NCBI GenBank assembly: GCA_002719295.1
Contig: PBHC01000008.1
Span: forward strand, 109,487 to 139,274
Length of the DNA: 29,788 bases
Source: Chloroflexota bacterium
GTDB lineage: Bacteria; Chloroflexota; Dehalococcoidia; Lucifugimonadales; Lucifugimonadaceae
Reading direction: 5' to 3'
The notes under the pieces are model-generated. The model ran no database searches. It was not told the origin of the DNA and was given only the letters and a program-made list of their open reading frames with translations. Position 1 is the first letter of the stretch. Every line of letters begins with the position of its first letter. Positions 26,360 through 29,788 of this stretch are shown piece by piece. Made by a program: the position numbers and the translations under genes.

Positions 26360-27048
26360 AATAAAAAGAATATCCAAAAAGAGATTGCAAAACTAGGCAA
26401 AACAGAATCAAGTCTATCAGAAATTCCTCCGTGTCCATATAAAAAATTAGAAAAATCTTTCACACCTATAACTCGTTTGACTTTTGATACAAATAAATCT
26501 CCTAAAATTGAAGTCAATATTACACTTAAAATTAATAATAACTTAATCATAAAGTTTATCTGAAGAAAGTCATTAAAAATGAATAAAATTAAAATCCCCC
26601 ATATACTTCCAGCAATAATAGATACAAGGTACCCTTCTATTGTTTTATTTGGGGAAATTTCATGAATAAAATTTATTTTATTTTTACCAAAAATTTTACC
26701 TCCTAAATAACCAAAAATATCTGTAATAAAAATTTGAGATAAAAGATAAAAGAAAATATTTTTCCAATTTTCAAACATATTCTCTAGCAAAATAACATGT
26801 AGAAAAAAAATCATATAAATAAAAAAATAAAAAAACAAAAGTTTATTTCTAGAATATATATTTTGTTTAAGCTGAAACAAAATTTCTAGAATAAAAATAA
26901 TTGCAAGTAATAAAATAAGAGGATGGAAATCATAATCATTTCCAAAAAACAAAAAATTTATTTCTGGCATATAAACAAAACTTAAAGTTATAAGGGTTAC
27001 ACCAAATATTGATGTGATAAATCTTTTGTAAAAATTATTAAGTTCCAA
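26356..27048 (-). CDS. cdsA: Phosphatidate cytidylyltransferase CdsA
   Basis: TDIFGYLGG, ISPNKTIEG and GDLFVSKVKR...KDFSNFLYGHGGISDRLDS. Start uncertain: TTG 27048 overlapping the uppS end, versus 27084 in the track. Confidence 0.92.
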   Translation of the reverse strand: MELNNFYKRFITSIFGVTLITLSFVYMPEINFLFFGNDYDFHPLILLLAIIFILEILFQLKQNIYSRNKLLFFYFFIYMIFFLHVILLENMFENWKNIFFYLLSQIFITDIFGYLGGKIFGKNKINFIHEISPNKTIEGYLVSIIAGSIWGILILFIFNDFLQINFMIKLLLILSVILTSILGDLFVSKVKRVIGVKDFSNFLYGHGGISDRLDSVLPSFAISFWIFFLL

Positions 27049-27727
27049 AATTTCTTTTCCTTTTTGAAAACTCTGCAACAACATTACTTAAATCTTTTTC
27101 TGAGAAATCAGGCCAAAATACATCTAAAAAAAATAATTCTGAATATGCAGATTCCCATAGTAAAAAATTTGAAAGTCTCTTTTGTCCACCTGTTCTTATA
27201 ATTAAATCTGGGTCAGGGAATTGATTAGTTGATAAGTAATCAGAGAACTTTGTTTCATTAATTTTTGTATCTTTATATTGAATTATTTTATTTATTGATT
27301 GAACTATCTGATTTCTAGATCCGTAATTAAAGGCTACTGACAAAAAAAAGTCTTTATTATTCTGTGTTAGTTCTTCTGAACGTTGAATCTTAAGTAACAT
27401 ATCTTTAGGCATCTTTTCTTTACTCCCTAGATGAGTTATGTTTACTTTATTATTGTTTAATTCTTCAGATTCTTTATCTATAACGCTAGCTGCCAAATTT
27501 AGAATAAACTCGATTTCTTCTTTTGATCTATTCCAATTTTCAGTAGAAAAAGCATAAATAGTTAAGAATTTTATACCTAATTTCTTTGCAGCTATTACTA
27601 TTGGTTTTATATTCTCATAGCCTTTTATATGACCTTCTGAACGCTCTAAACCTTTTTCTGTAGCCCATCTACCATTACCATCCATTATTATGGCTATATG
27701 ATTAGGATTTAATTTATTTACTGACAT
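27038..27727 (-). CDS. uppS: Undecaprenyl/polyprenyl diphosphate synthase UppS
   Basis: HIAIIMDGNGRWA, YAFSTENWNR, AFNYGSR, PDPDLIIRTGGQKRLSNFLLWESAYSE and RNFG. Confidence 0.97.
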   Translation of the reverse strand: MSVNKLNPNHIAIIMDGNGRWATEKGLERSEGHIKGYENIKPIVIAAKKLGIKFLTIYAFSTENWNRSKEEIEFILNLAASVIDKESEELNNNKVNITHLGSKEKMPKDMLLKIQRSEELTQNNKDFFLSVAFNYGSRNQIVQSINKIIQYKDTKINETKFSDYLSTNQFPDPDLIIRTGGQKRLSNFLLWESAYSELFFLDVFWPDFSEKDLSNVVAEFSKRKRNFGT

Positions 27728-27739
27728 TAAGGTATAAAT

Positions 27740-28300
27740 CTACACTTGCATAATTTCAGTCTCTTTGAGTGATGACTGATCATCAATGACTTTAATAGAT
27801 TGATCTGTTAATTTTTGAAGTTCTGTAATTGCTCTTCTTGAATCATCTTCAGAACATGAGCCTTCTTTTTCAAGTTTTCGAATCTCATCTTGGATGTCTC
27901 TTCTAACATTTCTGATAGATACCTTGGATTGTTCACTTCTTTGTTTTAGCAACTTTACTACATTTTTTCTAGTTTCCTCAGTCATTGGGGGAATGTTAAC
28001 CCTTAATGAATCACCCTCTATTTGAGGGGTAATACCCAAATCCGAAGACTGAATACCCTTAGAGATCATCTCTACAGCTGATTTATCCCAAGGTTGCACA
28101 ATAAGGCTCCTTTGATCACTAACTGAAATTTGAGACAATTGATTCAAAGGCATTGAAGATCCATGATAATCAATTTTAATATTTTCTAGTAAGTTTGTTG
28201 TTGCTCTACCTGTACGGATTGATTTTATATCTGTTATAAAAAAATCACAGGATGAATTCATTCTTTCCGAACATTGTTTTAATATATCTGATAATTCCAT
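27740..28300 (-). CDS. frr: Ribosome recycling factor
   Basis: IRTGRA, DYHG, IVQPWD, IPPMTEETRK and KVSIRNVRRD. Confidence 0.97.
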   Translation of the reverse strand: MELSDILKQCSERMNSSCDFFITDIKSIRTGRATTNLLENIKIDYHGSSMPLNQLSQISVSDQRSLIVQPWDKSAVEMISKGIQSSDLGITPQIEGDSLRVNIPPMTEETRKNVVKLLKQRSEQSKVSIRNVRRDIQDEIRKLEKEGSCSEDDSRRAITELQKLTDQSIKVIDDQSSLKETEIMQV

Positions 28301-28332
28301 AGTTTGCTAAATTAATTTTACTAATATAATAT

Positions 28333-29070
28333 CTAAGATTTGCTTGGTGTATAGATTTTGCTACCTACTTTTTCACCAGAAATCACTTTAAGTAAGTTAT
28401 CAGGTTTAAATAGATCAAAGATAACAATTGGTAATGAATTATCCATACACAAAGTAAGAGCTGTAGAATCTAGAGCTGCTAATCTTTTACTAAGAGCTTC
28501 ATGGTGAGTAATTTCAGAAATCTTTTTTGCAGATTTATTTTTTTTAGGGTCAGAATCATACATTCCATCAACTCCATTTTTTGCCATAATCAAAATATCT
28601 GCATTTATCTCTACGGCTCTAAGAGCTGCTGCGGTATCAGTTGACATAAAAGGATTTCCTGTACCACCTGCAAATAAAACTACTCTACCTTTTTCTAAGT
28701 GCCTTATAGCTCTTCTTCTGATATAAGCTTCTGCAACAGATGGTAAGTTTAATGCAGACTGTGTTCTGACTTCTATTTGATTTTTTTCAAGTTCATCCTG
28801 CAATGCTAGAGCATTCATTATAGTTGCAAGCATTCCAGCATAATCAGCAGTGGATCTATCCATACCTCTTTTTTCGAATTCTATTCCTCTCCAAAAGTTA
28901 CCTCCACCAGCAACTATAGAAACTTGAGTATTCATTTTAGCAATTTTCTTAATTTCTGTTGCTATTGTTTTGATAACTTCACTATCAAGGCCGAAATCAA
29001 GATTACCTTTAAGTGATTCTCCACTTAATTTTAAGACGATTCTTTTAGGTTTACTAACTTCCAATTTCAA
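28333..29070 (-). CDS. pyrH: UMP kinase
   Basis: RIVLKLSGESL, GGGNFWRG, ADYAGMLAT, GGTGNPFMSTDTAAALRA and VDGMYDSDP. Confidence 0.97.
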   Translation of the reverse strand: MKLEVSKPKRIVLKLSGESLKGNLDFGLDSEVIKTIATEIKKIAKMNTQVSIVAGGGNFWRGIEFEKRGMDRSTADYAGMLATIMNALALQDELEKNQIEVRTQSALNLPSVAEAYIRRRAIRHLEKGRVVLFAGGTGNPFMSTDTAAALRAVEINADILIMAKNGVDGMYDSDPKKNKSAKKISEITHHEALSKRLAALDSTALTLCMDNSLPIVIFDLFKPDNLLKVISGEKVGSKIYTPSKS

Positions 29071-29548
29071 ACCTATGAATCTTCTGAATCACGACATTTT
29101 CTCCGACTTTAGCTGATAATTCTTTAACTACTTCTCCAACAGTTTTCGAAGCATCTCTTATGTACGCTTGTGATTCAAGAATCTCATCGTCTGAAAGTTC
29201 ACTATTACCTTCTTTGGATATAGCCTTTGGGTTCATTGCAGCTATCTGCATGGCAATTTCTTTTGCACATTTTACAAAATCCTCTGTTCTTGCAACAAAA
29301 TCGGTTTCACATGATAATTGAACTATAGAACCTATTCTCCCACCTGTGTGAATATAGGATTCAACAATACCATTTTCTGTAGCTCTACCTGCTCTTTTTT
29401 CAGCAGAAGCTAAACCTTTAGCATCAAGTATTTCCACAGCTTTTTCAATATTTCCATCAGATTCTTCAAGGGCTTTTTTAGCATCCATTATACCTGCTCC
29501 AGTTGAATCTCTAAGTTCTTTAATTTGTTTAGCTGTTATTTCTGCCAT
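29054..29548 (-). CDS. tsf: Elongation factor Ts (short form, 164 aa)
   Basis: IKELRDSTGAGIMDAKKAL, SYIH, CETDFVA, AMQIAAMNP and GENVVI; GGAG SD upstream. Confidence 0.96.
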   Translation of the reverse strand: MAEITAKQIKELRDSTGAGIMDAKKALEESDGNIEKAVEILDAKGLASAEKRAGRATENGIVESYIHTGGRIGSIVQLSCETDFVARTEDFVKCAKEIAMQIAAMNPKAISKEGNSELSDDEILESQAYIRDASKTVGEVVKELSAKVGENVVIQKIHRFEIGS

Positions 29549-29568
29549 TTATTTCTCCAAATGATTAT

Positions 29569-29788
29569 TTATTTTTTTTCTTCTTCGTTTATTTCTGAAG
29601 CTTCGTCCTTAGTTTCATCTGCTTCCTTGGCTTTAGATTTTGCTTTAGTTTTGGGTTTTGCCTTAGCCTTTGGAGATTCTTTCTCTTCCTTTACTTCAGC
29701 CTTAGGAGATTCTTTCTCTTCCTTTACTTCAGCCTTAGGAGATTCTTTCTCTTCCTTTACTTCAGACTTAGGAGATTCTTTCTCTTCC
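29569..29788 (-). CDS. rpsB: C-terminal low-complexity tail of a CDS running off the window, probably ribosomal protein uS2
   Basis: Open frame ...EEKESPKSEVK EEKESPKAEVK EEKESPKAEVK EEKESPKAKAKPKTKAKSKAKEADETKDEASEINEEEKK* ending 20 nt before tsf. Identity is inferred only from the conserved rpsB-tsf-pyrH-frr order. Confidence 0.65.
   Translation of the reverse strand, partial: EEKESPKSEVKEEKESPKAEVKEEKESPKAEVKEEKESPKAKAKPKTKAKSKAKEADETKDEASEINEEEKK
29668..29788. repeat. 33-bp coding tandem repeat, at least 3.7 copies
   Basis: Unit cttaggagattctttctcttcctttacttcagc starts at 29668 (1 mismatch), 29701, 29734 (1 mismatch) and 29767 (partial, window edge); encodes EEKESPKAEVK on the minus strand. 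Confidence 0.95.

Noticed and set aside
3280..26563. Short ORFs in the track lying antisense or out of frame within longer genes (3280-3531, 3747-3932, 4260-4457, 6108-6311, 6996-7199, 8077-8457, 9019-9201, 10471-10749, 11380-11583, 15123-15506, 16548-16745, 19170-19442, 19270-19548, 24690-24905, 26312-26563)
   Set aside because: All overlap well-supported genes, carry no recognisable motifs, and look like shadow frames.
29668..29788. 33-bp repeats as a CRISPR array
   Set aside because: The units are contiguous with no spacers, their length is a multiple of three within an open frame, and no cas genes are present.

Overview
A very AT-rich, densely coding bacterial chromosome segment with tiny intergenic gaps and many overlapping genes. 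Short EF-Ts and IF-2, NusA with a long acidic tail, OFA-like MFS permeases and enolase-superfamily and UxuA-like enzymes suggest a streamlined Chloroflexota (Dehalococcoidia/SAR202-like) genome; this is inference only. The left half (1-16 kb) is mixed metabolic content: partial acnA, two MFS transporters, a UxuA-family dehydratase, TatD, an EVE-domain protein, phoB-phoR-pstC-pstA (no pstS/pstB/phoU here), two small proteins, a lactonase, tRNA-Pro(UGG), a rhamnonate-dehydratase-like enzyme, an MBL-fold hydrolase and nhaA. The right half (16-29.8 kb) is a minus-strand housekeeping run: (rpsB tail)-tsf-pyrH-frr-uppS-cdsA-dxr-rseP-ispG-proS-nusA-infB-rbfA-truB. I saw no mobile element, CRISPR array or defence system. 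The most unusual signals are (1) phoR in frame with phoB across a single TAA, with no canonical start codon for its first transmembrane helix; (2) an RseP insert containing three ~28-29 aa repeats that resemble a NusA N-terminal motif; (3) an MBL hydrolase resembling the plant/fungal subfamily; (4) a 50-aa zinc-ribbon ORF missing from the ORF track and a 64-aa membrane protein ending in CPLH; (5) a rimP-leader-type terminator retained although rimP is absent from the locus.
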